Positions 11,141-22,344 of a stretch of 64,000 bases of DNA are shown here, one piece after another. The notes under the pieces were generated by a model. The model worked only from the letters and a program-made list of their open reading frames with translations, was not told the DNA's origin and did no database searches. A program made the translations under genes and the position numbers. How positions within the stretch are numbered: the first letter of the stretch is position 1; each line of letters begins with the position of its first letter. The stretch is from Tetramitus jugosus (lineage: Eukaryota > Protista > Heterolobosea), in NCBI GenBank assembly GCA_937625935.1, contig OW569355.1, positions 1-64,000 of the forward strand. Direction: 5' to 3'.

Positions 11141-11857
11141 TTAAGGATCCATCTTATAGTCATGGTAGGACAATCCAAAGATGACCTCCCCTTTGTAACT
11201 TACACTCAAAATGTTCTGCTTGGACCAACATCCACTATCCTCAGACTCTTTTGTCTCCATAGTATAGCACACAGTATCGGAATCCCCACTTCTCATCTTG
11301 AGCCATCCACAGAAGGCCATAATGAAACTTTTGAGGCGAAACACGTAATCCTTTGTAAACTCTGGAATTCTTGTGATACGACAGTCTGGCTCGCTGGCCA
11401 TATGCTTCATGTGATCTGGTAGAGCATCTCTCCAATAAATCACTGTAGAGTATGTCTTCAATAGTACCTTCTTGTCGTTCATGATGGTGTACGCTACCTC
11501 ACAAGCTTGGTCAATCGTTACTCGAACAGGTGGACGACAAGGAACATCAGGAAAGGCATATGGGTAAGTATCTCGTGCCGATTGTACACTCTGTTCACAT
11601 GTTTCCGCACTTGCTTTGATCAGGTATGTTTGTTCTGTACCAAATAAGTAGTGATTCACATGTAAGAAGTAACCACCAGTTGCAAAGGTTGACATCCATC
11701 GCTTCTTCCATTGTTGAGCACTCCTCTCACCAAGTAGTGTCGTCCACACAAAAGAATAAAACCCAGTGCTCAATGGAGCAAGCCGATGAATAAGTTCTTC
11801 TTCAGAAAGGTAGGGAAGAATCGATTCTTGGATAATGTCTTGTGAAAGGTTTTCCAT
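11141..11857 (-). CDS. Hypothetical protein with F-box-like N-terminus
   Basis: 238-aa ATG ORF; LSQDIIQESILPYL...LAPLSTGF is F-box-like. Confidence 0.6.
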   Translation of the reverse strand: MENLSQDIIQESILPYLSEEELIHRLAPLSTGFYSFVWTTLLGERSAQQWKKRWMSTFATGGYFLHVNHYLFGTEQTYLIKASAETCEQSVQSARDTYPYAFPDVPCRPPVRVTIDQACEVAYTIMNDKKVLLKTYSTVIYWRDALPDHMKHMASEPDCRITRIPEFTKDYVFRLKSFIMAFCGWLKMRSGDSDTVCYTMETKESEDSGCWSKQNILSVSYKGEVIFGLSYHDYKMDP

Positions 11858-11956
11858 TTTCTGTTGGTTTTGCTTGTTGCACGTATGTTGTTGTTTCCTT
11901 TTAAGTATGAGCGGAAAAATGACAAAAAAAATGGAACTTACAACAGAATCAAAAAC

Positions 11957-12847
11957 ATGACAAATCGTGAAGCATCATCAGAGGCATCTGGATCGTGGAT
12001 ACCTGTAGAAGTATTGAGAAGCATCATCTCTTTCTGTCACACCCGTGAATGGATCCAATTGAGCTACACTTGTCAACAGTTCAATGCATTCAAGTACGAT
12101 CGAGAATTGATGAGCAACAAACAAAGAACTCTGAAAAAGTATCTGAGCAGTCAAGAGATTACCCTTGGGTTTCAGAAATCACAAAACACTCTATTCAATG
12201 TCAATCTCAACCAGAATCTGAACGTTGAGGACGTTCATTTTGTTTTCTTCAAGGGCATTTACTTGTTGAACATGAGTCAGTGTTCCAATGTGACTAACAA
12301 TGCTTTTTCTTATCTGAGAGGAGTTCAGATATTGGACATGAGTGCCTGTAGACAAACAGAGATTACAAACCAAGCCTTCTCCCATCTTACTGGGATAAAG
12401 AAATTGAATATGAGAAAGTGCAATCAGAGGACGATTACTGACGAGGCATTCTCTTATCTGAGAGGAGTCAAGGTATTGAATATGAGTGATTGTAACCAAT
12501 ATCAGATCACAGATAAGGCCTTTTCTTATCTCACGGGAGTTGAAAAGTTAAGCATCGGCGGGTGTGCTCAGTCATCTATCACAGATCTTGCATTCTATTA
12601 CCTACAAGGCATCCAGGAACTGAGCATGTGGAGATGCAATCAAACAACAATCACAGACAAGGCATTCTCATACCTTTCTGGCATTCAAGTGTTGAATATG
12701 TGGCGCTGTAATCAGAGCACCATCACAGACAATGCTTTCACCTACCTCACAGGAATTCGAAAGTTGGATGCGAGTCGCTGTAATCAACATACGATCACAG
12801 ACCGTACCCTATCGTATCTCGTAGGAATTCAAGAACTGAACATGTAA
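11957..12847 (+). CDS. F-box/LRR protein with 24-aa leucine-rich repeats
   Basis: IPVEVLRSIISF...LSYTCQQF followed by ~8 repeats of CNQxxITDxAFSYLxGIxxLNM. Confidence 0.85.
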   Translation: MTNREASSEASGSWIPVEVLRSIISFCHTREWIQLSYTCQQFNAFKYDRELMSNKQRTLKKYLSSQEITLGFQKSQNTLFNVNLNQNLNVEDVHFVFFKGIYLLNMSQCSNVTNNAFSYLRGVQILDMSACRQTEITNQAFSHLTGIKKLNMRKCNQRTITDEAFSYLRGVKVLNMSDCNQYQITDKAFSYLTGVEKLSIGGCAQSSITDLAFYYLQGIQELSMWRCNQTTITDKAFSYLSGIQVLNMWRCNQSTITDNAFTYLTGIRKLDASRCNQHTITDRTLSYLVGIQELNM

Positions 12848-13046
12848 TCTGCCACGGAGAACTTTTAATTCAATGATCCCTTACAGGAAAAACGAACAAC
12901 CCAAAAAAAATTTGGCCGGATGTCAACTTGGTGTTGCGCCCCGATGTTGTGATGAGCAACGGAACGAAATGAACTTTGGAGACCTTTTAAATTATCTTTT
13001 AAAGGCAAATGATCTTTGCGTTGTATGATCATCCAAACAAACCAAA

Positions 13047-14768
13047 ATGAGAAAAAATAACCTATTCTTTGCTCTTCTCGTAGTGTCTCTGGTGTTAGTC
13101 AACTCTCTTTGCTATGGTCAAACTTTTGAGTATTTCCAACAGGGATTGAAGGAACCTACTACAGTGAATACCTATACGTTAGATGCTGTTCCAGATCAAC
13201 TAGGAAACTTATTTGCAACCGGGTTTATGGATCCTAACTCCATTAATACAACGATCCAGTTCCAAAACTTGAATCCAGTAGAGATTTCCGCTACCACCGG
13301 ATTTGTGACAAAGTACAGAAACAGTGATGGTGTTGCTCTGTGGCAAACGATTATTGAGGCATGGTCAGTGTTTGGTTCCGCCATTACCTATGTTGAGAGA
13401 GAGGGAAGGCTGTTTGCTTCAGGCGTGTTCTTTGGTCCTCTCTTTATCAATGGTGTGAAGCAAGTTGGGGTCGTTTCAGAAATAGATATGGGCGTTTTCA
13501 TCACGGAACTGAACCCACAAACAGGCCAACCTGTGAAAACTGTTTTAGCAATGACTGGTGGTGTTTTGTTCGTTACTCCATTTGTATCTGCTCCAAATCT
13601 GAGGATGTCATCTTCGGATGGCAATCTGTTTGTTTCCTGCTCATTCACGTCCAGCTCAGTTGATTTTGGAGGTGGTATCATAGTTCCAGGACTTCCAGGC
13701 TTCCTTATTGGGCTTGTAGCAAAGTATGATTTTAGGTTAGACCTTCAGTTGATCAAGGTATTATCTCCAAACACTGGTGTTTATGATGTAGCTTCAAACT
13801 CTGCTGGGCAATTTTGCATTGCTGGCAGAGGTATCGGAGAAGCATCGTTTGATGGAATTATTGTCCGTGGTGACAACCCTCAATTCGCTTATGTGGCAAA
13901 GTATAACAAGGTTGGAGGTCTAATCTATGTTAGACCAGTTCTTTCCTCCCTATTTGGTTCGTTCGGTGGTACCTCCCACAGAGTAGACATGGATGAAGAC
14001 GGCAATTGTTATTTTAACGGAGGATTCGTCCAAGACGTTTCAATCAACGGAGCGATCATTGATGGAAGAGGCGCTAATCTCAATAATATCTACATGGGAA
14101 AGTTGGATCCCTTGGGTAATACAATTTACTTTATTGCCTCGAACAATTCTGTCCCAGAAACCGCGGCTGAGATTCTCGGATTGGTTGCCTTACCAAGTGG
14201 TGAATCGTACTTGACTGGATTTTTCATACAAGAGATCAAGATTGGTGATATTGAAGCAGTTGATGATGGTATTGTTCGAGACTTCTTACTCAAACTAGAT
14301 AAGAACGGAAATGCAGTGTATCTAGTGAAAGGTACGTTGGCACCAACCATTGGAAGATCGTTAATTGTGGACAAACTGCGTAACATTGTGTACTTGGGAG
14401 AGTTTGGAGTTGGAGAGACTCATTTTGGAGAGTTCTCTAGAACTACTACTTCAATCAATGCTCAATTTATTGTTAGAGTCAGTGAGGGAGATGAAAATTT
14501 ATGTGCTAGATGCACTGGAGACTTGGGATGTTGTATAGTCGATGGAATTGCTCAGTGCTATAACAAGGCAACCCACACATGTACTGCTCAAAATCGATTA
14601 TGTCCTCTCAATCATCTCTCATGTGGAGAAGCTTGTTATCTATCAAGCCGTTATGTTTGTATCGACGGTGTTTTCCTCTGTCCTGTGTCTGCTAGTGCCA
14701 AATGTGGAGAGGCTTGTTACGATCCAACCAAGTACACTTGTCAAAATGGTCAACTGAGACCACTTTAA
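13047..14768 (+). CDS. Secreted beta-propeller-like protein with C-terminal Cys-rich CBM52-like repeats
   Basis: Signal peptide; repeated DxxGNx(F/Y)xxGxF and xxxKxDxxG blades; CGEACY...YxCxxG repeats. Confidence 0.75.
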   Translation: MRKNNLFFALLVVSLVLVNSLCYGQTFEYFQQGLKEPTTVNTYTLDAVPDQLGNLFATGFMDPNSINTTIQFQNLNPVEISATTGFVTKYRNSDGVALWQTIIEAWSVFGSAITYVEREGRLFASGVFFGPLFINGVKQVGVVSEIDMGVFITELNPQTGQPVKTVLAMTGGVLFVTPFVSAPNLRMSSSDGNLFVSCSFTSSSVDFGGGIIVPGLPGFLIGLVAKYDFRLDLQLIKVLSPNTGVYDVASNSAGQFCIAGRGIGEASFDGIIVRGDNPQFAYVAKYNKVGGLIYVRPVLSSLFGSFGGTSHRVDMDEDGNCYFNGGFVQDVSINGAIIDGRGANLNNIYMGKLDPLGNTIYFIASNNSVPETAAEILGLVALPSGESYLTGFFIQEIKIGDIEAVDDGIVRDFLLKLDKNGNAVYLVKGTLAPTIGRSLIVDKLRNIVYLGEFGVGETHFGEFSRTTTSINAQFIVRVSEGDENLCARCTGDLGCCIVDGIAQCYNKATHTCTAQNRLCPLNHLSCGEACYLSSRYVCIDGVFLCPVSASAKCGEACYDPTKYTCQNGQLRPL

Positions 14769-14862
14769 TAAATGAAATTGTTGTGTTCAGAAGGACGATA
14801 AATCAATAGGTACTCCAAAGTTTCGTTTATTATTCACATTGTTAATTTGCTCGATTTAACAT

Positions 14863-15906
14863 CTAATCGATACGAATGACAACCTTACCAACATGCTTTT
14901 GGCTAGAGAAATACTCAAGTGCATCCTTTGCTTCAGCGAATGGGAACACACGATCAACAACAGGCTTAATATTGTGATGCTGAATGGTTCTGTTCATGCG
15001 CTCAAACATGCTCTTGGAACCGACGAGAAGACCTCTCAAAGTGAGACCACCAAACAAGATGGCTGCACCATAGTCAACGGAAGCAGATCCTGCCAACACA
15101 CCAATCATGTGAATTTGACCACCTCTCTTGACAGCCTTCAATGATCTCTCCAATGTTCCTGCACCTCCGACTTCCATGACATGATCCACACCTCTACCAC
15201 CAGTAATTTCTCTCACCTTCTCATCCCAGTTTGGATTCTTGGAGTAGTTGATAAAGTCAGTGGCACCCAATTCCTTTGCTTTGGCCAACTTTGCATCACT
15301 GGATGAAGTCACAATGACACGAGCACCTGCCGCAGCTGCGAATTGAATGGCAAAGATGGAGACACCACCAGTACCTAGAACCAACACGGTTTGATCAGGT
15401 CCGATCTGTTGAGTTGGATTCTCAGCGAGTGCGTTCCAAGCAGTGAGAGCTGCACATGGCAAAGTACTGGCTTCCTCGTAGGAGAGGTGAGCAGGGAACT
15501 TGATGAGACCCTTGGTTTCGAAAACACGATAGTGTTGTAACATTCCTTGAATACCACCACCGAGAGTACCACCCATGTGTTCATCCTTGAACTCTCCGTC
15601 TATCCAGTATTGATGGAAGAGACCGCAGACACGATCTCCGACCTTGTATTCGGTGACATCGTCTCCGACTTGGACAACTTCACCGGCACCGTCGGACACT
15701 GGGATCAAGTTCTCAGCATAGGGACGAGGGTAACGGCCATCAGACACCAAAATGTCACGATAGTTGAGAGAAGTGGCATGGATGCGAACCAAGACTTGAC
15801 CTCTCTTTGGCTTCTCAACAGGGGCAGAAGATGCTTCCAAGTATTGAATACCTTCTCCAGGCTTGGTCAGACGATATACCTTTTGATCTTGTGGAATTTG
15901 AGACAT
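14863..15906 (-). CDS. Zinc-type alcohol dehydrogenase-like protein (MDR family), paralog of 8089-9126
   Basis: Same motifs and the identical C-terminus SQKHVGKVVIRID. Confidence 0.93.
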   Translation of the reverse strand: MSQIPQDQKVYRLTKPGEGIQYLEASSAPVEKPKRGQVLVRIHATSLNYRDILVSDGRYPRPYAENLIPVSDGAGEVVQVGDDVTEYKVGDRVCGLFHQYWIDGEFKDEHMGGTLGGGIQGMLQHYRVFETKGLIKFPAHLSYEEASTLPCAALTAWNALAENPTQQIGPDQTVLVLGTGGVSIFAIQFAAAAGARVIVTSSSDAKLAKAKELGATDFINYSKNPNWDEKVREITGGRGVDHVMEVGGAGTLERSLKAVKRGGQIHMIGVLAGSASVDYGAAILFGGLTLRGLLVGSKSMFERMNRTIQHHNIKPVVDRVFPFAEAKDALEYFSSQKHVGKVVIRID

Positions 15907-16596
15907 TGTATATGGGGTTATTGAGCTGGTTTGTACAGAGTTGCTTAGCAGGAGCTATTTCACTGAGGTTATTTGTGAGTTTTGTTGTTTTGATGTGTTT
16001 GATCTTAGATCTTGGCCAGACAAAAGTCAGGTTTTATAGACATGAGGAGGTATTAGTGCGCAGAGAGATGCGCACCAAATGACAAACGTGTGAGGCAAGA
16101 AGAGGTGGTTTGATTTCCTAATGACCCCTTGCGGGGTGAAAATGACAAGAAGTATGTGAAGTTTTGCGGCGGAGAGGGTAAATTCGTCGTAGTTTCAGCG
16201 GATGAAAAAAGTTCGGCTTGCAACAAGACAAAAATGGACATGCGTGTCGCTAATAATTGCACGCAGAGAAGCATGATGGGAGATCATCCGTTTTTGTTTA
16301 TTTTACGAGAAGAATTGTTCTTGTCACATGCCACACTTGTTGAATAGTGTGAGGTTACGCAGTAGTGAACAAGAGGGTTAGTTGAGGTTATCATCAATCA
16401 GATCAATCGTTTCATTATTGCAAAGAAGTAATCATCGTTATCATCGCTATCATCGAACTTCTTTGTTTCTTGCATTCTCTTCATAATCATCATTATTAGT
16501 ATCATCATCATTAGCAAGAAGCTCTATTAACATACCGAGAGCTCATCGTCCTTGTTCTCAACAGGTAGGAAATCGCGCTTAACTCTATCACTGTTC

Positions 16597-19428
16597 TTAT
16601 AAATTAATTTTCTTGAGTTGCTTGATTGTGTAGATGCCAGTCCTTCGCAGTTCGTCTTCCTCAGCAGCTGAAGCATCTCTAGCCAAGTGCAAGATCCATT
16701 CCTGTGAAAGTAAAGGACGGACCTTCAATCCATAGACGTTTGCCAAATCACCAATCACACTGACTGCACATCTGAACACTTCTTGATCTGTGTTTTCGTC
16801 TTGAGTAACCATCTTGATGAATTCTATCAAGCTGTCAACATAAGGGTTGAATGCTTGAGGTTTATGCTTCTTCAATCCCTGTAGAATACCAATGTATGCT
16901 TCAAAGATGCTCTCCCGCAACAAATTCAAATACTCAATCATTTGTTCATTTGATGTGTCGACTTGAGCTTCACTTGCCTGCTTCAACACTAATCCGACAT
17001 ATGGCAAGTACTTCTCAAATTCAGATCCAATGGCAAGTGCAATATCTCCAAATGATGCAATAATGTTTGGTTTGACTTCTCTGTTGATTGCAGAGCTCTG
17101 CAAGTTTTGCAACATGACAGTTACAATTTCATCACAGTAAGGAGCCATTCTGTCACCCAATGCATTACACAAATCACCTAGAACAGAGACTGCGATCGTA
17201 CAGACAGCTGCTTCATTCTGATTTCTGAGAGCAGTTACCAAGAATGGAGCAAAGGCTTGCATATATCTTTCGAAATCGAAACTAAGAGCATTTGCCAACG
17301 CACCAACAACAAGAAGAGCTTCTTCTTGTACAGAGTAATTGACTGTCTCTCCTTGTTGCAAAAGTGCTTGTTGCAGAGTAATCTTGCTTTGGAACAAAGT
17401 CAACAACAGTTGCATCATATTGTTAGAATGTAGTCTCATACGATCACCCAATTTTTGAGTCAGGGATTGCAAAGCACCACACAACAAACCTTGAACTTCA
17501 TCAAGTTTGATAGACTGTGGACTCTTGATCGTGTGATCGAGTCTTTGGAGGAAATGGTTGACATAACCTTCGAGACTGGTGTAGGTATCACGAGCAGCCG
17601 CAGCAATAAATGCAGAGATAGCCTCCCATGCATTCACGGTCAAGTTTGCTTCGCCAACATCTTCTCTTTCAACAGTCTTGAGGAGAGCCTGCAAAACTGG
17701 ATCCATGTACTTACTGATAGCATTGGTTTGTTCTTCTTCGCCTCCACGTTGTTCCTCATTTGAAATTTCTTCAACAGCAGTACCCAAATTGTGAATGGCC
17801 CAGCAAGCCTTGGATGCAATACGAGCCTCATCTTGAATTGCAGCACTCAAAGCTGCCATTACATCATCCAACGCATCTAAAACTTGATTTGGGTAGTATT
17901 GAATAATTCTACCAATAGTGAAAACAGTGGTGTCTTTCAACAAGATCACACCCTCATTTTGGGAGTGAACAGGTCCACTAGATTCAACAACTTGCTTTGT
18001 CATCACTGGAATTGCTTGAGACACCAAAGTAGTCATTGCTTCACTGTTTGGACCATCAAGAATGGCAGAGAAAGCCAAAGTGGCAGCTTCCTTCTCCTTC
18101 CAGTTAGCAGAGGAAATGAACTTGCTGACAAAAGGCATAACCTCTGACACAACAGAGTTACCAGCAACACGAGCAACAAGAGCAAGACAAGTACCAGCAG
18201 CGTTACTAATGTTCAACTCTCCTTCGTCAGCGTGTTCGTCTTGTCGAGTCAAAAGTTCCAACAAGAGTGCACAAAGTGGTGAAATGGCAGATTGAACAAA
18301 GTTGCTACAATCAAGCTCTTCTTCAATCAAATCTGATTCGACTTCAGCAATGGTGCTCCAGAATTCAATTGCTTGCAATGCAACAGGTTCTTCATCCTTT
18401 CTTCCAGCAGCGACTGTAATATCAAAAATAGCCTTCATGTATGGTCCCAAGTGACTATAGTACAATGCGCCAATACGAACCAGGCATTCAAATGCAGCCT
18501 TTCTCACACCAGAAGATGGTGCTTGAGTGGCTTCACAAACCACTTGCATAATCACATCACGTTCAGCTGGACTCTCAAAGTTATTTTGAACAAATTCCAG
18601 AGCGTTCAACAAGGCCTCAGTAGCAGCCAATCGGATGTCTTGATTTGGAATATCACCCTTCATTCCCTGGATAACAGCAGTTAAAATGTGATTGTTTTGG
18701 CTTGCCAATTGTGGTGCTTTCTAAACATGCATATAAAAGTGGTGGTTAGCATACAAAAATCAAGTTGTGGCACAAGAGCAACAAAAAAAAAGACATAAAA
18801 AATATTTGCAAGACACACATACGCATTCTTCACACAAATAACCAAGAGCCATCAAACTGGCTTGGAATCCAAACTCTGATGTTCGTTGTTGAATATTTTG
18901 TAACAAGATTTGAACAACATCCAACCATTGATTCATTGGTAATTCAACAGAGGCAATCTTTGCCAAAACTTGAGCACTTGTTTTTCTGGCCAAAGCTTCA
19001 GGTGAATGCAAAGTTTGAAGAACAGCTGCACGGATCTGAGTTTTGGTTTGGTCCTCGATATTCAACCACTGTTGAGCTAACACTTGATTCAGTGTAGCAC
19101 TTCTCGAATGAGACAATGTATTTTTCAATTGAATACCAGCTTGTTGTCTCACAGCAGCTGGTGAATTTGGGTTTGCGAGTTCAGTCACAAGAGAAACCAA
19201 GAACACTGGCTAAAAAAAATGAACAAAGTCGGATCGTTTTGTTGATCAACATTTTGTGTGTTAGGAGGAGGTTCTTGTAAGGGGAATAGCAAAAATTGGA
19301 TGACAACCAAAAAAATTACAAATACATACCAAATTCTGTGTTTGAGCTTGTTGTAGCAAAACTTCTGCCTGTTGTCTCACTGTGTTGTCAGTGGCGCTCA
19401 AATTTGCTAAAATCCCCTTAAAGTCCAT
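16597..19428 (-). CDS. KPNB1: Importin beta-1, 3 exons (19428-19330, 19209-18823, 18720-16597), ~869 aa
   Basis: IBN_N motif RQQAGIQLKN, HEAT repeats, ALQAIEFWSTIAE, WKEKEAA; two GTATG..AG introns (120 and 102 nt) join the exons in frame; CTAAC branch point in intron 2. Confidence 0.92.
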
Positions 19429-19685
19429 TGTTCTTATGTCGTTCTTGTTGTTTTTTAAGTAGTTGTTTTGTTTGTTGAGTGAGCGTGGGAGATTCAAGCG
19501 TTTCAAAAGACTACTTTTCTGTGAATGTTTTTTTGTGTGCAAGGAGACACCAAAAAATGCCACCACGATCAATCTTGAGGTGACCGGAAATTTAAAAGCG
19601 CGCCACAAGTTACAAAATGAGGTTCAACAACAAAATTGAAAATTGATTCGCGAAAAGACAAAACTCCTTTGTTGTATTTTTTCCT

Positions 19686-21062
19686 TTATTTCTTACCTGC
19701 ACCACTCTCGGTTGTTTTCAAGTAGCTGTAGTAGAACATGCCCAACAGAGCAATGGAAATACCAGTAGTATTATACAGGTTCATGGGCACATTGTACAAG
19801 AAGATGCTGAGCACGACAAGCAAAACTTGCTTCACGTTCGCTGTCACACTCATAGTCAACGGACTCGTGTACTTGTTGGCCATCATATTTGTCCAATTCA
19901 AAGAGAATGCACAGACACCAGTGAACAAAACGACCACATAAGTTTTGAATGTTTGCTCCCCGAGATGCTCATAAAATTGGGTGACTTCTCCCTTGAAGAA
20001 AGCAATAACGAACATCACTAAACTGGCCATGGGAGACAATTGCTTCAACAGATCCAATGGATGCAACTTGTACTGATTGATATACTTGTTAGCCAACACC
20101 ACTTTCAATGCAGCCAACAAATTTCCAATAAACAACACCACGAGTGAAACAAAGTTCAAATCCACATCACCTACAACAGTTAAGCAAACACCCAGAACAA
20201 TCGGCATTACACTCACAAAAGTGTTGACCGATGGCATCGTTCCCAACACTTGATACGCCACAACAATCATAAACAGTGGCGTTGTGCTTCTCACGACCTG
20301 TGATGCAGCTAAATTTACAATCTGAACTGAAATGTTACCAAACGCAATATTTAAACAAAATATGACGATAAAGAACCGAATGGCATTCTTTTGTTTCGAA
20401 TCGGCACTATTCATTGCTGCACCATTGTCATCACTTGTATAAAGACCGAATGCTGAGGCTCCGACCGACATGATCCATCCAACAATCATGTGTATAAACG
20501 AAAGAAGAACAGGATAATTGAATGGTGTGCTCTTGAAAATGTACTTGTTCAACAGTGCGAGAACAACATTGAGAACGAACCATATGCTCAACCAGAACAG
20601 TCCCACCATTTGACTCTCACTTGCAATCCTCGAGAGTAGATCACCTCCATGTTTGCTCTCATCATCATCATCATCATCACTACTGATATCCTTTGGCTGT
20701 ATATTACTACTGTTGTGATGATGATGAATATGAATAATTGTAGCACTACTACTACTGCTACTACTAGATTCATTGTCCATATTGCTCGATTTACTATTGA
20801 TGTTGTTGTCAAGATGATCACTGCTGCTACTCAAATTCATGTCATTATTGTTTGATTGATCTTGCCTATTGTCATCATTCTCATGTGTAGTGCTGCTACT
20901 AATAGGAACGACATTATTTCCTTCGTGAGCTACCATGATGGTCATATGACTATTATTATTACTATTGTTGTTGTTACTATTGTTAGGATGATTTGTCCTC
21001 TGGGAATGGGTAGTAGACTTTTGTTGGACAACCTTGGATCGTGATGTTACTTTTGAAGGCAT
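19686..21062 (-). CDS. Nucleotide-sugar/triose-phosphate transporter family protein with low-complexity N-terminus
   Basis: LLNKYIF, FNYPVLL, GNISV, QVVRSTTPLF, TSPLTMSVTANVK; about 10 TM segments. Confidence 0.9.
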   Translation of the reverse strand: MPSKVTSRSKVVQQKSTTHSQRTNHPNNSNNNNSNNNSHMTIMVAHEGNNVVPISSSTTHENDDNRQDQSNNNDMNLSSSSDHLDNNINSKSSNMDNESSSSSSSSATIIHIHHHHNSSNIQPKDISSDDDDDDESKHGGDLLSRIASESQMVGLFWLSIWFVLNVVLALLNKYIFKSTPFNYPVLLSFIHMIVGWIMSVGASAFGLYTSDDNGAAMNSADSKQKNAIRFFIVIFCLNIAFGNISVQIVNLAASQVVRSTTPLFMIVVAYQVLGTMPSVNTFVSVMPIVLGVCLTVVGDVDLNFVSLVVLFIGNLLAALKVVLANKYINQYKLHPLDLLKQLSPMASLVMFVIAFFKGEVTQFYEHLGEQTFKTYVVVLFTGVCAFSLNWTNMMANKYTSPLTMSVTANVKQVLLVVLSIFLYNVPMNLYNTTGISIALLGMFYYSYLKTTESGAGKK

Positions 21063-21252
21063 GAAGATGAGTCGCTGCTAACAACACTGAGTGGTTATGG
21101 GTTGATGAAAAATTATTAGTATTTGGTGGTGTGCTTTTTTCTCAGCTTCCATAATTATTCCGCGGCAAAAACACAAAAAGCTCATCGAAAGGAATTCACA
21201 TTTCTAGCAGCAGCAAATACACAACCAAAATTTTTTTTTCCATACCCACACG

Positions 21253-22101
21253 ATGATTGTGTCGCGATCCTTTTTCAGCTCCCTCTTCTTGGTGTTTCTG
21301 GTGTTCACTTTCCTCGTCCATCATCATGTGAGCAATGCTGCCACTACGACCAAATGCCAAGTCAACACAAAAAAGGGTCTCATTGACATGTCGGCCCTCT
21401 CCAAGGCCAACGGAAACTCTGGTTACAATATTCAAGATTTCAATGGTCACTTTAATTTTTATGTGGCCATATGCAGTAATGCACTCAAGTCCTGTAACGG
21501 TGCCAACTATCCATCTAGTTACTATCTCAAGAGAATCAATCCTGATCAATGTGTTGCTAGTCTCGGTCAATTAAAGGAAATGTATATTACTCCGATTGAT
21601 ACAAATGATGCAAGTAAGGGTGCAGTGATAGAGTACTGGGGTGGTAGTCAATCGTCTGGAGCGGGTTCAGCAGAGTTCAGAACAAGTATCACAATGAATT
21701 GTGATTTGACGACGAAAAAAACTGCAGTCAATGATTTGCAGTTAAAGTATATGAGTGATGAAGAAGTGTCGGGTGTTCATTGGTTCCGATTTCAGATGAA
21801 TACGGCATATGCGTGCCCAGGTTTCGGTGGAGGCAGCAGTAGCAAGAGAAGAGTGGTGGGTGTCGGTGGAGCCATATTGATTGTTGTTTTTTGCCTGGTG
21901 GTCATCTATTTGATTGTGGGGAGTGCAGTGATGAAATTTAAGTTCCAGAAAGAGGGGTTGGACATTTTGGTGCACAGAGAGTACTTGGTTCAGATTCCAT
22001 TGTTGATTTGGGAGGGTGTCTTGTTCATCAAGGAGGGTATCGTGGCGCTTGTCAATCGAATCACTGGCAGAGGAAACAACTTGTATGAGCAAGCAGATTA
22101 G
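21253..22101 (+). CDS. Mannose-6-phosphate receptor / ATG27-like type I membrane protein
   Basis: Signal peptide, MRH-like Cys pattern ending TAYACP, TM segment, then the GLDIL...IPLLIWEG tail typical of CD-MPR/ATG27. Confidence 0.8.
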   Translation: MIVSRSFFSSLFLVFLVFTFLVHHHVSNAATTTKCQVNTKKGLIDMSALSKANGNSGYNIQDFNGHFNFYVAICSNALKSCNGANYPSSYYLKRINPDQCVASLGQLKEMYITPIDTNDASKGAVIEYWGGSQSSGAGSAEFRTSITMNCDLTTKKTAVNDLQLKYMSDEEVSGVHWFRFQMNTAYACPGFGGGSSSKRRVVGVGGAILIVVFCLVVIYLIVGSAVMKFKFQKEGLDILVHREYLVQIPLLIWEGVLFIKEGIVALVNRITGRGNNLYEQAD

Positions 22102-22344
22102 AGTCACACTGTAATTATAATTTTTGTTGGACGATGAGTTGTCGTGAGTTTTTTCGATAATATATGATAATTTATTGAGAAATTCACTACGCATGAGGCT
22201 TGATTTCATTCGTGACTGTTGTATGCTGCAATATATTTACTTGGATTGAAATTGCAAAGTATCTCTCAATGTACAAATAAATACGGCAGAGTGCAGCCTA
22301 AGAGTTTATTGTGAATTCAAAGTGTGATAAATTATGAACCTCTG

